Source: Chiloscyllium plagiosum (lineage: Eukaryota). From it: a stretch of DNA of 34,392 nucleotides. The DNA lies in assembly GCF_004010195.1 (NCBI RefSeq), contig NC_057758.1, positions 9,729,481-9,763,872 of the forward strand, given 5' to 3'. Shown here piece after piece: positions 21,552-33,139 of this stretch. The position numbers were made by a program, and so were the translations under genes. Numbering within the stretch: position 1 is the first letter of the stretch; the number at the start of each line of letters is the position of its first letter. Under the pieces are notes generated by a model. The model saw only the letters and a list, made by a program, of their open reading frames with translations. It ran no database searches and had not been told where the DNA came from.

Positions 21552-22345
21552 NNNNNNNNNNNNNNNNNNNNNNNNNNNNNNNNNNNNNNNNNNNNNNNNN
21601 NNNNNNNNNNNNNNNNNNNNNNNNNNNNNNNNNNNNNNNNNNNNNNNNNNNNNNNNNNNNNNNNNNNNNNNNNNNNNNNNNNNNNNNNNNNNNNNNNNNN
21701 NNNNNNNNNNNNNNNNNNNNNNNNNNNNNNNNNNNNNNNNNNNNNNNNNNNNNNNNNNNNNNNNNNNNNNNNNNNNNNNNNNNNNNNNNNNNNNNNNNNN
21801 NNNNNNNNNNNNNNNNNNNNNNNNNNNNNNNNNNNNNNNNNNNNNNNNNNNNNNNNNNNNNNNNNNNNNNNNNNNNNNNNNNNNNNNNNNNNNNNNNNNN
21901 NNNNNNNNNNNNNNNNNNNNNNNNNNNNNNNNNNNNNNNNNNNNNNNNNNNNNNNNNNNNNNNNNNNNNNNNNNNNNNNNNNNNNNNNNNNNNNNNNNNN
22001 NNNNNNNNNNNNNNNNNNNNNNNNNNNNNNNNNNNNNNNNNNNNNNNNNNNNNNNNNNNNNNNNNNNNNNNNNNNNNNNNNNNNNNNNNNNNNNNNNNNN
22101 NNNNNNNNNNNNNNNNNNNNNNNNNNNNNNNNNNNNNNNNNNNNNNNNNNNNNNNNNNNNNNNNNNNNNNNNNNNNNNNNNNNNNNNNNNNNNNNNNNNN
22201 NNNNNNNNNNNNNNNNNNNNNNNNNNNNNNNNNNNNNNNNNNNNNNNNNNNNNNNNNNNNNNNNNNNNNNNNNNNNNNNNNNNNNNNNNNNNNNNNNNNN
22301 NNNNNNNNNNNNNNNNNNNNNNNNNNNNNNNNNNNNNNNNNNNNN
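21552..22345. other. Assembly gap (794 N)
   Basis: Run of N. Confidence 1.
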
Positions 22346-22559
22346 AGGGGTAGGTTCTTCACTCAGTGAGTCGTAAGTTCATGGAATGCCCTGCCAGTAG
22401 CAGTGGTGGACTCTCCCTCTTTATGGGCATTTAAGCGGGCATTGGATAGGTATATGGAGGATAGTGGGTTAGTATAGGTTAGGTGGGCTTGGATCGGCGC
22501 AACATCGAGGGCCAAAGGGCCTGTACTGCGCTGTATTCTTCTATGTTCTATGTTCTATG
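22346..22559 (+). mobile_element. Young CR1 3' end with (TTCTATG)n tail
   Basis: CpG-retaining 3'UTR ending TTCTATGTTCTATGTTCTATG; closely similar to 34208-34392 (-). Confidence 0.9.
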
Positions 22560-22609
22560 ACTGTTTTTGAGAATGTTTCTCACAGCGGCGTGTTTTGCAG
22601 CCAGTTGGC

Positions 22610-23190
22610 TGGCTATTCTAAATTTGGTAATGTGAAATGAGACTGGAATGACCCGATAGTGAAGGTGCCCCTAGGTAGCAATGACTAGAATGTAATTGAC
22701 TTTCATATTTAGTTTGAGGGAGAAATTAGTGAAGCAAAGGCGTCAATTTTAATTTTAAATAAGATTATAACTGCAGAGCTAAGGTTAACTGCGAAATTAG
22801 GTGATGGGTAAAGGTACAGAGAAAAGGCTCCAAGGGAAGAACACACTTTCCATGACTCATAAAGGTATTTCTAGATGGTATCGCAGGATTATTTCAGAAG
22901 AAGGCCATTCAGTCTTTTATTTCTGTAATAAGCATTTTGACTTGCAGTCAATTGTTTGCCTTTTCCCTGTATCCTGAACATTGTTTCTGTTTAAACGATC
23001 ACCTTACCAAATTGAACCTGCTTCTAACACATCTGCAGGCAGTGCATTCCAGACCCAGCAACTTGCTACGTGAAAATGGTCTTTTTTAAAATTCTTCCAT
23101 CTTACACTTAACTCTTTGTAAAAGCTGTTCAAAACTGTTTCCTGATTCTTTTATGAGTAGGAATGACTTCTCCTAATGTAAATCTGTCCA
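22610..23190. mobile_element. Decayed CR1 remnants (endonuclease piece +, 3' piece -)
   Basis: VKVPLGSND-like motif at about 22660-22690; GAAGGCCATTC and GCAGTGCATTCCAG on the opposite strand. Confidence 0.5.
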
Positions 23191-23304
23191 GAAAGAGAAT
23201 AATCAGAGATTGGAAATAATGAAGATAAGAATTTGCTTGTGGGGTGGTCTCTTCCCTCTGAACCATAATCACACTCTAAATGGGGTGTTCATGAAGAAAT
23301 AATG

Positions 23305-24233
23305 GAGATCTGCTTGATGTGCTGTATGTGGATTTCAGCAAGGCATTCGATAAGGTTCCCCACAGTAGGCTATTGTACAAAATGCGGAGGAATGGGATTG
23401 TGGGAGATATAGCAGTTTGGATCAGTAATTGGCTTCCTGAAAGAAGACCGAGGGTAGTGGTTGATGGGAAATGTTCATCCTGGAGTCCAGTTCCCAGTGG
23501 TGTACTGCAAGGGTCGGTGTTGGGTCCACTGCTGTTCCTCATTTTTATAAACGGCCTGGATGAGGGCGTAGAAGGGTGGGTTAGTAAATTTGCAGATAAC
23601 ACTAAGGTCAGTGGAGTTGTGGATAGTGACAAAGGATGTTGTAGGTTACAGAGAGACATAGATAAGCTGCAGAGCTGGGCNNNNNNNNNNNNNNNNNNNN
23701 NNNNNNNNNNNNNNNNNNNNNNNNNNNNNNNNNNNNNNNNNNNNNNNNNNNNNNNNNNNNNNNNNNNNNNNNNNNNNNNNNNNNNNNNNNNNNNNNNNNN
23801 NNNNNNNNNNNNNNNNNNNNNNNNNNNNNNNNNNNNNNNNNNNNNNNNNNNNNNNNNNNNNNNNNNNNNNNNNNNNNNNNNNNNNNNNNNNNNNNNNNNN
23901 NNNNAAGATAATCAGAGGGTTAGATAGGGTGGACAGGGAGAGCCTTTTTCCAAGTATGGGGACGGTGAGCACGAGGGGGCATAGCTTTAAATTGAGGGGT
24001 GATAGATATAGGACAGGTGTCAGAGGTAGTTTCTTTACTCAGAGAGTAGTAAGGGTATGGAATGCTTTGCCTGCAACGGTAGTATGTTCACCAACTTTAA
24101 GTACATTGGACAAGCATATGGACGTACATGGAATAGTGTAGGTTAGATGGAGTTCAGGTTGGTATGACAGATCGGTGCAACATCGAGAGCTGAAGGGCCT
24201 CTACTGCACTGTAATGTTCTATGTTTTATGTCT
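23305..24233 (+). mobile_element. 5'-truncated CR1 spanning a gap
   Basis: [27 protein letters not shown] before the gap; FFTQRVV and a TTCTATG-type tail after it. Confidence 0.92.
23681..23904. other. Assembly gap (224 N)
   Basis: Run of N. Confidence 1.
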
Positions 24234-24925
24234 ATGGGAAAGATGTAGGGAATATCTTATAATCATTCTGTCCTTCTATACCTCAATTGCACGTCTGTCA
24301 GAATTGCTCACGATGTTCTCTTCAATCTACTTGCATGTTTAAAGATTTTACAATCAATGAGGCTCGACTACTGTTGCTGAAATTGCAAGCCCAAGGGAAA
24401 TAAGGGCCTACCGGCGTCCTGGGCACCTGACCTCTTTGTGGAAACCCAGAACTGTGGACTGACCTGCTTGTGAACAAGACCTGACCCCAGAGTAAGCTGA
24501 CATTCACGAGGTTCGACCTAATCAACCACATGATCCCCCCTGCACCTCCAAGAAACGCTCAAGGCCTCGACTAGTGCCCAGGACCCCATTGGGAGAGCAC
24601 AGACACCTCTCGGAACAGCAGACTTCCTTCACCAATACCAAGGATATAAGCAGTCAGCTACCCAGGAAATGTGGGAGACACTTTGAACTTCAGTGCGAAT
24701 GAAACTTCAGAGTTTCCAACATACCCCTGACAAATTTCCAAGCCATTGAGAACAAAATTGATTAACTTGAAGCTACACTCATCTTTGAAAGTGAACTGAG
24801 AGACTGCTGTGTGTTCTGTTTTACAGAGGCATGGCTCACCCTTGCTAAACAGGACTGCCTTATGTTACGACTTGGTAAACCCCACCCTGCTAATCTAAAC
24901 CAGCCACACAGCATTAAAAGTTCTT

Positions 24926-25268
24926 CAATTTGCCGAGAGGTGTGAGGGACGAGCGAAGGTCTTCTGGGAAGGTGAGTCTGACTGTTTAAAACACTTACTT
25001 AGGCGTCGGGGCCTCCATTTGCCGAGAGGTGTGAGGGACGAGCGAAGGACTTGTGAATCCATTGAATGCGCTGTCAGCTGTGGTGCTGGAAGCAGAGTCA
25101 TTTGGGACATTTAAACGACTGCAGAACAATCACATGGATAGCAGTGAGTTGAGGGGTGTGTAGGTTAAGCTTTTATATTTTACATTAGGATTAAACCTCA
25201 GCACAACATCATGAGCCAAAGGGCCTGTTCTGTGATGTACCTTTCTATGTTCTATGTTCTATGTTCTA
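24926..25268 (+). mobile_element. Bipartite non-autonomous CR1 derivative (5'UTR monomers plus 3' end)
   Basis: ATTTGCCGAGAGGTGTGAGGGACGAGCGAAGG at 24928 and 25017 (89-bp period) matches 9340-9372; 25051-25268 matches 12526-12737; tail (TTCTATG)x3. Confidence 0.88.
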
Positions 25269-26542
25269 ATTGTGGGGATTGGCAACAAAGGTGCTGCTTT
25301 TATCACTGCCTATGACTTACCTGCCATTTGGTGTGTATGACACATACAGCAAAAGGTAACCACATCCTTGTGCAGTCCAGGCCAATAAAAATGTTTATGT
25401 ACCTTAGCCTGAGTCTTTCATACCCCTAGGTAACCTCCTTCGGGTAGTTCACGTGCTACTCGTAACATCTTCTGTGTGTATGCTACTGGCAGCACAATCT
25501 GGTGCACTTCGTCCCATTTCTCCTCTGCACCAACCTGCCATGGTCTCCATTTCCATCTTAGGATTCTATCTTTAAGATAATAACCCGAAGGAATATTCTC
25601 TGCTTCCTTTTCGAAATACACGTCCACAAAAATATCTTTTATCATCTTGTCTTGCCGTTGCAAATCTCTCAGACCTTCAGGGCAAACCACTTCTGTCTGA
25701 CCCTCTGCCTGTTCAGGTTTTTCCTGCACCATTACGTCAAACAGGATATCCATTAACTGAACCTAAACACCTTCATCCTTCTCTTCATTTTTTGCTTCAT
25801 ACTGTGACTTATGATAGTGGGATCTGGGTACCACTCAGTCTGAGAAAATACTAGGATATTTCTTCTTTAACTCCTCAGGTTCACAACAAGGGGTGTCACT
25901 CCCAATTTGGATCCTCTGATGTCATTCCCAAAAACAAACTGAATTCCTGTAACCGACACTCTGTCAATCACACCCATTGTTACCTCCCCAGTCTTGAATT
26001 GGCACTCCAGCCTGATCTTACATCGGTACACTATCTAAATTTCTGTCTATATATCCCACCAATTACCGCACTCTCTGTTAACAGATCTGAAAGAGTGCAG
26101 ATGCCTAATCCCTTACTATCAACGACTGGTTAGATCATGCATCTCGAGAAATTGTAACTTCTTGTTCTTCTCCCCCGTTCTTTCTGAGTAAATGTTTTAC
26201 CCACAGAGGAAAATTCTTTGTCGAGATCAGCTACTAACTCTATACCAACCCCCTGCTTTGTGCTGTGCACACTCCTGTAGCTCCTCGGCTCTTCTTGGGA
26301 TATCCTTTACCACCTTAACTAATGCCACTGGCTTAGGTTCTTTTAACACATCTTTTCCCACAGTACCTTTCTTTAACAACCAGCACTGTGACATGACGTT
26401 TCCGATTTTACCACAGTGGAAACACCTGAGGCCTTTCAACTCCTTTCCACCCACTTGGGCTTCTTTTTTATCCTGTGGTAAATTCGTACCAGTGCTCTCT
26501 ACTCTTGGTTTCTGAGTGTACGATCTCCCCTTCTCCCAACAT

Positions 26543-26865
26543 GGGCGGCATGTGGGCGGCATGCTGGCACAGTGGTTAGCACTGCTGCCTCACAGCACCA
26601 GAGACCCGGGTTCAGGCGACTGTCTGTGTGGAGTTTGCACATTCTCCCCGTGTCTGCGTGGGTTTCCTCCGGTTGCTCTGGTTTCCTCCCACAGTCCAAA
26701 GATGTGCAGGGTCAGGTGAATTGGCCATGCTAAATTGCCTGTAGTGTTAGGTAAGAGGTAAATGTAGGGGCATGGGTGGGTTGCGCTTCGGCAGGTCGGT
26801 GTGGACTTGTTGGGCCGAAGGGCCTGTTTCCACACTGTAATGTAATCTAAAAAAAAATCTAATCT
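26543..26865 (+). mobile_element. HE1 V-SINE inserted in the Gypsy gag
   Basis: tRNA head, V-domain and AATCT-type tail; TSD AACAT at 26538-26542 and 26866-26870. Confidence 0.95.
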
Positions 26866-28042
26866 AACATCTATCCCTCACAGGAAGCAATTATGGTCAG
26901 AAGCTTGTCTTATATATCAACATGTACTCATCTGCTAATTCTGCTGCCCTGCTGAATTCCTGAACTTTCTGGTCCTCAGCGTTGAATTCTTACCATCTCT
27001 GGAAGTGTGTTTTTAAAGTCTTCCAGCTGAATAATCTCTCGTAGAGCCTCAAAGACCTTAGTGTCCGCACCCAACTGTCAAAATGACTATGTTTAATTCT
27101 TTCGAACTCAACATAAGTCTGACGTGGTTCACTGTTTGTGTTTCTGAACTGCTGTCTATATGCTTCTGATACCAGTTCATAAGCACTTAAAATAGCCTGC
27201 TTAACCTCTTCCTAATCTCTTGACCCCTCATCTGACAGTACGGCAAATACCTCACTCGCTCTGCCTAACAATTTAGTCTGAACTAGCACTACCCATAAAT
27301 CCTCGGACCACTCCGTCTGCCAGCCTTTCTTTCAGATGAAATAAAGAAAGCTTCCTTAAAATGTGACAGAGTTTCAATATCACTACCTTCTCTTTTAATC
27401 TCCATCCAGTTAACTGGACATTGCTGACTAAGTTACAACTTCTCAAGTTGAAATTGTTTTCTTTTTGTCTCTCTCTTTCTTCTCTCTCTTTCTCTATCAC
27501 TTTCTTCACTCTCTCTCTTCCTCTCACTTTTTTCTCTCTCTTGCTCTCTTTGCTCATCTAAGAACCTTCTATTTCTCTCTTTTACCTCTGTCTCTCCTCC
27601 CTCTCTTTCTCTTTCTCTCTCCCTCTGTTTATCTCCCAACTCTATTTTCCTCAATTGTAATTTAACTTTTTCTTCCACTACTGCATTTTTCTGTTTCTCT
27701 GATGCACCGAAGTGTTTGAGGAACTCCCCTACAATTTCAGCTTTACTTTTGTCCTTGGTTCAAACCTAATCTAACCTATTTGCTAATCCTAAGAGTATGA
27801 CCTTTTTCTTTCCTTCTAAACGCCCTTGGCAAATTTGAGAATTGTCTTCAAATCCGAGAACCTCTTTAGCAAATTTAAGAGCCATTTCTCTCAATTTTAA
27901 TTTAATCAACCTCAAGTCACTGAAATTAAGTTGTCTCACCTACGTTTTATTTAAAGATCTAGGACACAAACCTGCAAGTGTTTAAATCTGCTGGGACCTT
28001 TAGTAACCCCAAATCTATTCAAATCTGCCTAAACCAGTTCAA

Positions 28043-28060
28043 ATTCAAGATGAGCTCCCA
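28043..28060 (-). promoter_or_regulatory. Degenerate tRNA-Pro primer-binding site
   Basis: TGGGAGCTCATCTTGAAT vs TGGGGGCTCGTCCGGGAT (13/18 match), 3 nt after the 5' LTR. Confidence 0.65.
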
Positions 28061-28063
28061 AAC

Positions 28064-28783
28064 TTTTATGACACGGGTAAACCCCACACCCCCAACCCCG
28101 CTAATTTAAACAAGCAACACAAAGATTTATCCTGTGCAGTATTCTTTGAAAATTCGAGAGGCCAAGAACTATTTAAAGCAAAAATTAATAACTTTATTTC
28201 TTAAAGTATAACAGAGAGTTATTAATTAACAACTATTTAAAACTCCTTCCTCTAACCCAACTTTTACTTTCCCCGCTATAATACTAATCCGATAACAGCC
28301 CCCGAGTAAGATTGACCAAACATTCAAATTTCAAACCGTGGTAGCTGTCAAATCTTCTCTTTGCATCTTCCTCTGTAGATTTTCTTCTTCTTCAGGATTT
28401 CTTTTTCACAGGTCATTGATAGATAATGATACCTTTAAGAGAGCTGTATTTCGGGCGACTTGTACATGCTGGTAGATTGGCAGTTCTCCCCCAAATATTC
28501 AGATTTTTCCGGTATTATACCCCAAAAGAATCGAATGGTGTCATTTTTAAAAAATTCTCAACATCCTAAATTCAAACTTGATTGGAGTTTGGATATTTTT
28601 GTGTGTACAATTTAAACTGATTAGGCTAATTCGAATTTGATATTGTCTCCAGGCAACCAGCTACACTAGCTACTGGACCAAAAGGTTACATTGTGTCTTG
28701 TTCAGAACACCTCGTGTTGTCAGGTAGTTCTCCCAGCTTTTAACTTTCTTAAAGGTACAGTACACTTCTATACCTTCATAACA
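28064..28783 (-). repeat. 5' LTR of the Gypsy element (720 bp)
   Basis: Starts TGTTATGAAG; homologous to 14097-14813; CCAAT at 28581-28585, TATA-like at 28513-28519, AATAAA at 28193-28198. Confidence 0.9.
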
Positions 28784-29784
28784 TTTGCAAGCTGAGGGTT
28801 TTCTCCATACATCCCATGGATCGCACATTGTCCTCAGGTAAGGCAAGTAGTCTGGAGTCTACCTCCTAATCAACACACCCTGGGGCTCCGACATGGTGAC
28901 TCCGATTACAGTTCCACCTTCAATGCCATAATTTAAAACAAGCTAATCTCTAAAATCTGATACTTAAGTCTCAGTTCCCCCCTCTGTAACTGGATCCCCG
29001 ATTTCCCAAACTATAGATCGCTATCACGAAGAAGGGAAGGTGACAAAACCTCCTCCATTTTAATGCTCAACACCACTGGCTTGCAAGGCAGCACACTCAG
29101 CCCCTTACTGTACTTGTTATACACCAATGACTGAGTGGCCAAATTCCACTCCAACTCCATCTACAAGTTTGCTGGTGACACCGACATTTTGCGTCAGCTC
29201 TCAAATAATGACGAGCTGGAATACAGAAAAGAGATTGACTGTTTAGCGGCATGCCATGTACAACAATCTCACCGTTTACATCAGGGTGATCAAGGAGATG
29301 GTGATTGCCTTAAGCAAGCAAAGTGAATTGCACACCCTGTCTACATCAGTGGTGCTGAAGTGGAGATGTTCAACACCATCCAGCTCCTGGGAGTGACGAT
29401 CACCAGCAAATCTGTCCTGATTGACCAACATCAACGTGATGATCAAGAAAGCACAACAATGTATCTACATCCTCAGGAGGTTTAAAAAAATTCAGCATGT
29501 CCCTGAGGAGTCTTAACAATTTTTACAGATGGACCATGGAAAGCATCCTATCTGATTGCATCACACTGTGGAATAGGAAATGCTCTTCCCAAGACGACAA
29601 AAAAACTAGAGAGTCATGAACGCAGCTCAGTCCATCGCACAAAATCAGCTTTCCATCCATTGACTGTATATTTATTGCTGCCTTGGCAAAAATAACTAAC
29701 ATAACCAAAGACCCCAACCGCTCTAGTTATACTTTCTTCCACCTTTGGAATAAACATATGAATGCATTAACATCTTCTTTATAG

Positions 29785-30450
29785 AATCGTACCATTAGCC
29801 CAGTACTCTGCATTCATATGAAGATTCATCCAAAGTGAATCATCTCACACTTTTATGCATTAAACTCCATTTGTCATCTCTCAACCCAGCTCTGCAGTTT
29901 ATCTATGTCTCTCTGTAACCTATAATATCATTTGTCAGTATCCACAACTCTAACAACCTTAGTGTCACCTGCAAATTTACTAACCCATCCTTCTATGCCC
30001 TCATCCAGTTCATTTATAAAAATGACAAACAACTCTGGACCCAAAACAGATTCTTGCAGTACGCCACTAGTAACTGAACTCCAGAATTAATATTTCCCAT
30101 CAACTACCAGCCTCTGTCTTCTTCCAGCTAACCAATTGCTGATCCAAACCGCTAAATCACCCTGAATCCCATGCTTCTGTATTTTGTGCAATAGCCTACA
30201 CTGGGGAACCATTTCAAACATCTTTCTGAAATCCACATACACCACATCAACCGCTTTACCCTCATCCACCTGTTTGGTCACCTCCTCAAAGAACTCAAGT
30301 CACAACCTACCCTTCACAAAAATCATGTTGACAATCCCTAATCAACGTATTCCTTTCTAGATCCTATCTCCTATAAACTTTTCCAACACTTTACCTACAA
30401 CTGAAGTAAGGTTCACAGATCTATAATTTCCAGGGTTGTCTCTACTCCCA
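29785..30450 (-). mobile_element. CR1 RT fragment
   Basis: VDEGKAVDVVYVDF..WISNWLAGRRQRLVVDGKY; KFAGDTK. Confidence 0.88.
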
Positions 30451-30639
30451 CCATAACTGAAGCTTCTCATCCCGAGATCTATTCCCACAAAACGAGGGAT
30501 ATAAAGTGGGGTCTAAACTAAACTGTGGTATATCAAACAATAAAGAAAATGCAACAAAGAAAGGAATTAATGTGTGAAATGATAAACAGCCAATAACAGG
30601 AAGAAACAGAGATTGCAGATTTTAGAGTGAATTGGCAGA

Positions 30640-31015
30640 TATGAATAAAATAATAAAAAGGACAAAACTTAAGGCACTGCATTTGGATGTCAGTGGCATC
30701 TGAAGCAAAACAGACAAACTAATAATACAAATTGAAATATATAATTACAATCTATTGGCCATAACTTCGACATGGATAAGGAAGAACAAACATGAGGAAT
30801 GGTGCAGGAATAGCTATATCAATTAAAGATAAATTCAGGAAGCTAGGATATAGCAGCAGTCTTGAGATAAGGAATGATAAAGGCAAGAGATCAATTGTGG
30901 CAGCTATATACAGGCCCCTCTAACATTAACCAAATGTTCGAACAGGGTATCAAGGAAGAAATAATGAGAATTGCCAAAAGGATACAACAATTATTGTGGA
31001 GGATTTCCATTTAGA
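30640..31015 (+). mobile_element. Decayed CR1 endonuclease fragment
   Basis: LKALHLD..KTDKL..LLAIT; IYRPL; IIVEDF. Confidence 0.65.
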
Positions 31016-31565
31016 CTGTGACACTGGTTTGCCCTGGATGCTGTCAAGCGTTTTGAGTAATGTTGGGTTGCACATATCCAGGTACATGGTGAGTATTCCA
31101 TCACACTCCTGACATGTGCCTTAGGAGAGTCAGGTGATGAGTTGCTCAGTGCAGTTTTCCTATCCTCTGACCTGCTCTTGCAGCCGTTATGTTTATGTGA
31201 GTCATCCAGTTGAGTGTTTGGTCAAGGTAAACCCCAGGACGTTGTCAATAGGGGATTCATTGATGGCTGTTGAAAATCAAGAGAAGGTGGGCAGATTGTC
31301 TTTCACTGGAGATGGTAATTGTATGGCATCTGTGTGGTGTGATTGCTACTTGCTGCTTTTCCGCCCAAGCGGAGATATTGTCCAGGTCTTGCTACATTCG
31401 GACATGGATTGCTTCAGTATCTGAAACATGAAAGATGCTGAACATTGCGCAATTATCAGTGAACAACCCCACTTCTGACCTTTGATGGAAGGAAGATTAT
31501 TGATGAAACGCTTGAAGACAATTTGTCCTCAGGCATATTATTCAGTCAGTTGCAGTATTGTAACT

Positions 31566-31779
31566 ATGATGTGAAAGTCCCGTGCTGGATTGAGGTGGAC
31601 AAAGTCAGAAGTCACATGACACCAAGTTCTCATCCAAACACTTTATTTGAAATCACTAGCATTTGAAGCCTTACTCCTTCTTCAGCTGGAGTGTTCACCT
31701 GACAAAGAAGCAACACTCTGAAAACTTAAGATTTCAAATAAACTTGTTGGGCTAAAACCTGGTATTGTGCAACTTCTGA
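31566..31779. mobile_element. ORF-less fold-back element made of two inverted PLE termini
   Basis: Arms 31605-31688 and 31697-31779 are imperfect inverted repeats, both similar to 6527-6617; each has a decayed hammerhead; tail 31566-31604 on the left arm only. Confidence 0.75.
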
Positions 31780-32695
31780 GTGTTTGAACTGTACTAGTAT
31801 AGCTTAGATGGGAGTGTGGCAATTTGTGAAGCACGAAACCTTTCTACTATTGCCAAATTTTGTCAGGATTCATAGCCTTTGCAAATCCAGTCTTCTAGAC
31901 ATTTCTTGAGGGACTGGCTGAAAACTGGCATTTCTGATGCTGGGGACCACCAGAGGAAGCCAAGAAAGATGATCTATTTGGCACCTCTGGCTGAATATTG
32001 TTGCAAACTCTTCAGCCTTGTCTTTTGCACTATGTGTTTGACTCTTCCCTCATGCTTCTCCGGTAAGTTGTTTAATTATCCCCCATCATTATTATTGAAT
32101 GTGACAGAACTGAAGAGCTTACATCTGATCTAATGGTTGTGTCTGTCAATCGCTTGCTGCTTATGGTGTTAGACATGCAAGTAATACTGTTGGTAGTTTC
32201 ACCAAGTTGACACCTCATTTTCAGGTATGATTTGTGCTGTTCGTGGCAGGCCCTCATATACTCTCCATTGAACAAGGGTTAATCCCCTGGCTTGAAGATA
32301 TTGATTAAGTTGGGAATATGCTAGGCCATGAGGTTATAGATTGTGCTGGAATAGAATTCTGCTGTTGATGTCTCACAGCGCCGAATGGATGCCGAGTCTT
32401 ACCTTGTTAGATCTAAAAATAAGAACAAATAATAATACATCACAGGAACAGGCCTTTTGCCACTCTAAACCTGCACTGACAGATTTTGCTCTTCCATACT
32501 AAAATTGTCTTCAATTACAGGATCCATATCCCTGTATACACATCTGATTCTTTTTTCCACCTGTTCAAAGTCTGTTCCAGTTAGGATGATGCTAATGCCA
32601 CACAATACGATAGAGATTATTCTCAATATGAAGGCAGGACTTCGTCACAATAAGGACTGTGCAGTGGTCATTCTTATCAATATTGTCATGGACAG

Positions 32696-33003
32696 ATTAG
32701 ATTACATTACAGTGTGGAAACAGGCCCTTCGGCCCAACAAGTCCACACCGACCCGCCGAAGCGAAACCCACCCATACCCCTACATTTACCCCTTACCTAA
32801 CACTACGGGCAATTTAGCATGGCCAATTCACCTGACCCTGCACATCTTTGGACTGTGGGAGGAAACCGGAGCACCCGGAGGAAACCCACGCAGACACGGG
32901 GAGAACGTGCAAACTCCACACAGTCAGTCGCCTGAGGCGGGAATTGAACCCGGGTCTCAGGCGCTGTGAGGCAGCAGTGCTAACCACTGTGCCACCGTGC
33001 TGC
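32696..33003 (-). mobile_element. HE1 V-SINE (young, intact A and B boxes)
   Basis: GGTGGCACAGTGGTTAGC...GGGTTCAATTCCCG; CpG-rich; TSD GACAG at 32691-32695 and 33005-33009. Confidence 0.95.
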
Positions 33004-33139
33004 AGACAGCAGATTGATGAAGATGAGTTCATGTATGTGTTTCCCTCTTGTTAGTTCCCTCAACATCTGCTGCAGATTCAGTCTAGCACCCATGTCCTTT
33101 CAGACCAAACCAACTGAATCTGTTGTGCTGCTGGAAAAA

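Larger units (their letters stand above)
24863..28783 (-). mobile_element. Gmr1-like Gypsy LTR retrotransposon, internally deleted and pseudogenised
   Basis: 5' LTR 28783-28064; degenerate tRNA-Pro PBS; gag from ATG at 27885 with coiled coil, SCAN-like region (ILSAYELVSEAYRQQFR) and knuckle CFHCGKIGNVMSQC; decayed protease; integrase N-terminus (QIVLP..GGYLGV..HFYWPGLHKDV); last about 47 bp of a 3' LTR at 24863-24910. Confidence 0.9.
24550..29770 (+). mobile_element. Decayed Rex1/Babar-type LINE (24550-24862 and 28784-29770), split by the Gypsy provirus
   Basis: Endonuclease N-terminus AIENKID.LEA..ELRDCCVFCFTEAWL continues after 28783 (QAEGF..MDR). RT pieces LCNWI, LSPLLYLLYTND, IYKFAGDT and KKAQQ..LRRFKKF..ESILSDCIT. 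Confidence 0.8.
31015..33135 (-). mobile_element. Fragments of a CR1/L2-group (Zenon-like) LINE, interrupted by a PLE fold-back and HE1
   Basis: Minus peptide KAHVRSVMEYSPCTW..KRLDSIQ (about 31030-31125) and further decayed pieces at 31900-32410, 32560-32690 and 33010-33130. Confidence 0.6.

Noticed and set aside
21460..22362. 297-aa and 296-aa ORFs
   Set aside because: Artefacts of translating the N gap.
24928..25050. CRISPR-like repeat-spacer-repeat
   Set aside because: Only two units, they match a CR1 5'UTR, the context is eukaryotic and there are no cas genes.
32505..32969. 154-aa ORF
   Set aside because: Chance read-through across antisense LINE and SINE sequence.
32930..33003. tRNA gene
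   Set aside because: It is the tRNA-derived head of an HE1 SINE, continuous with the V-domain and tail.
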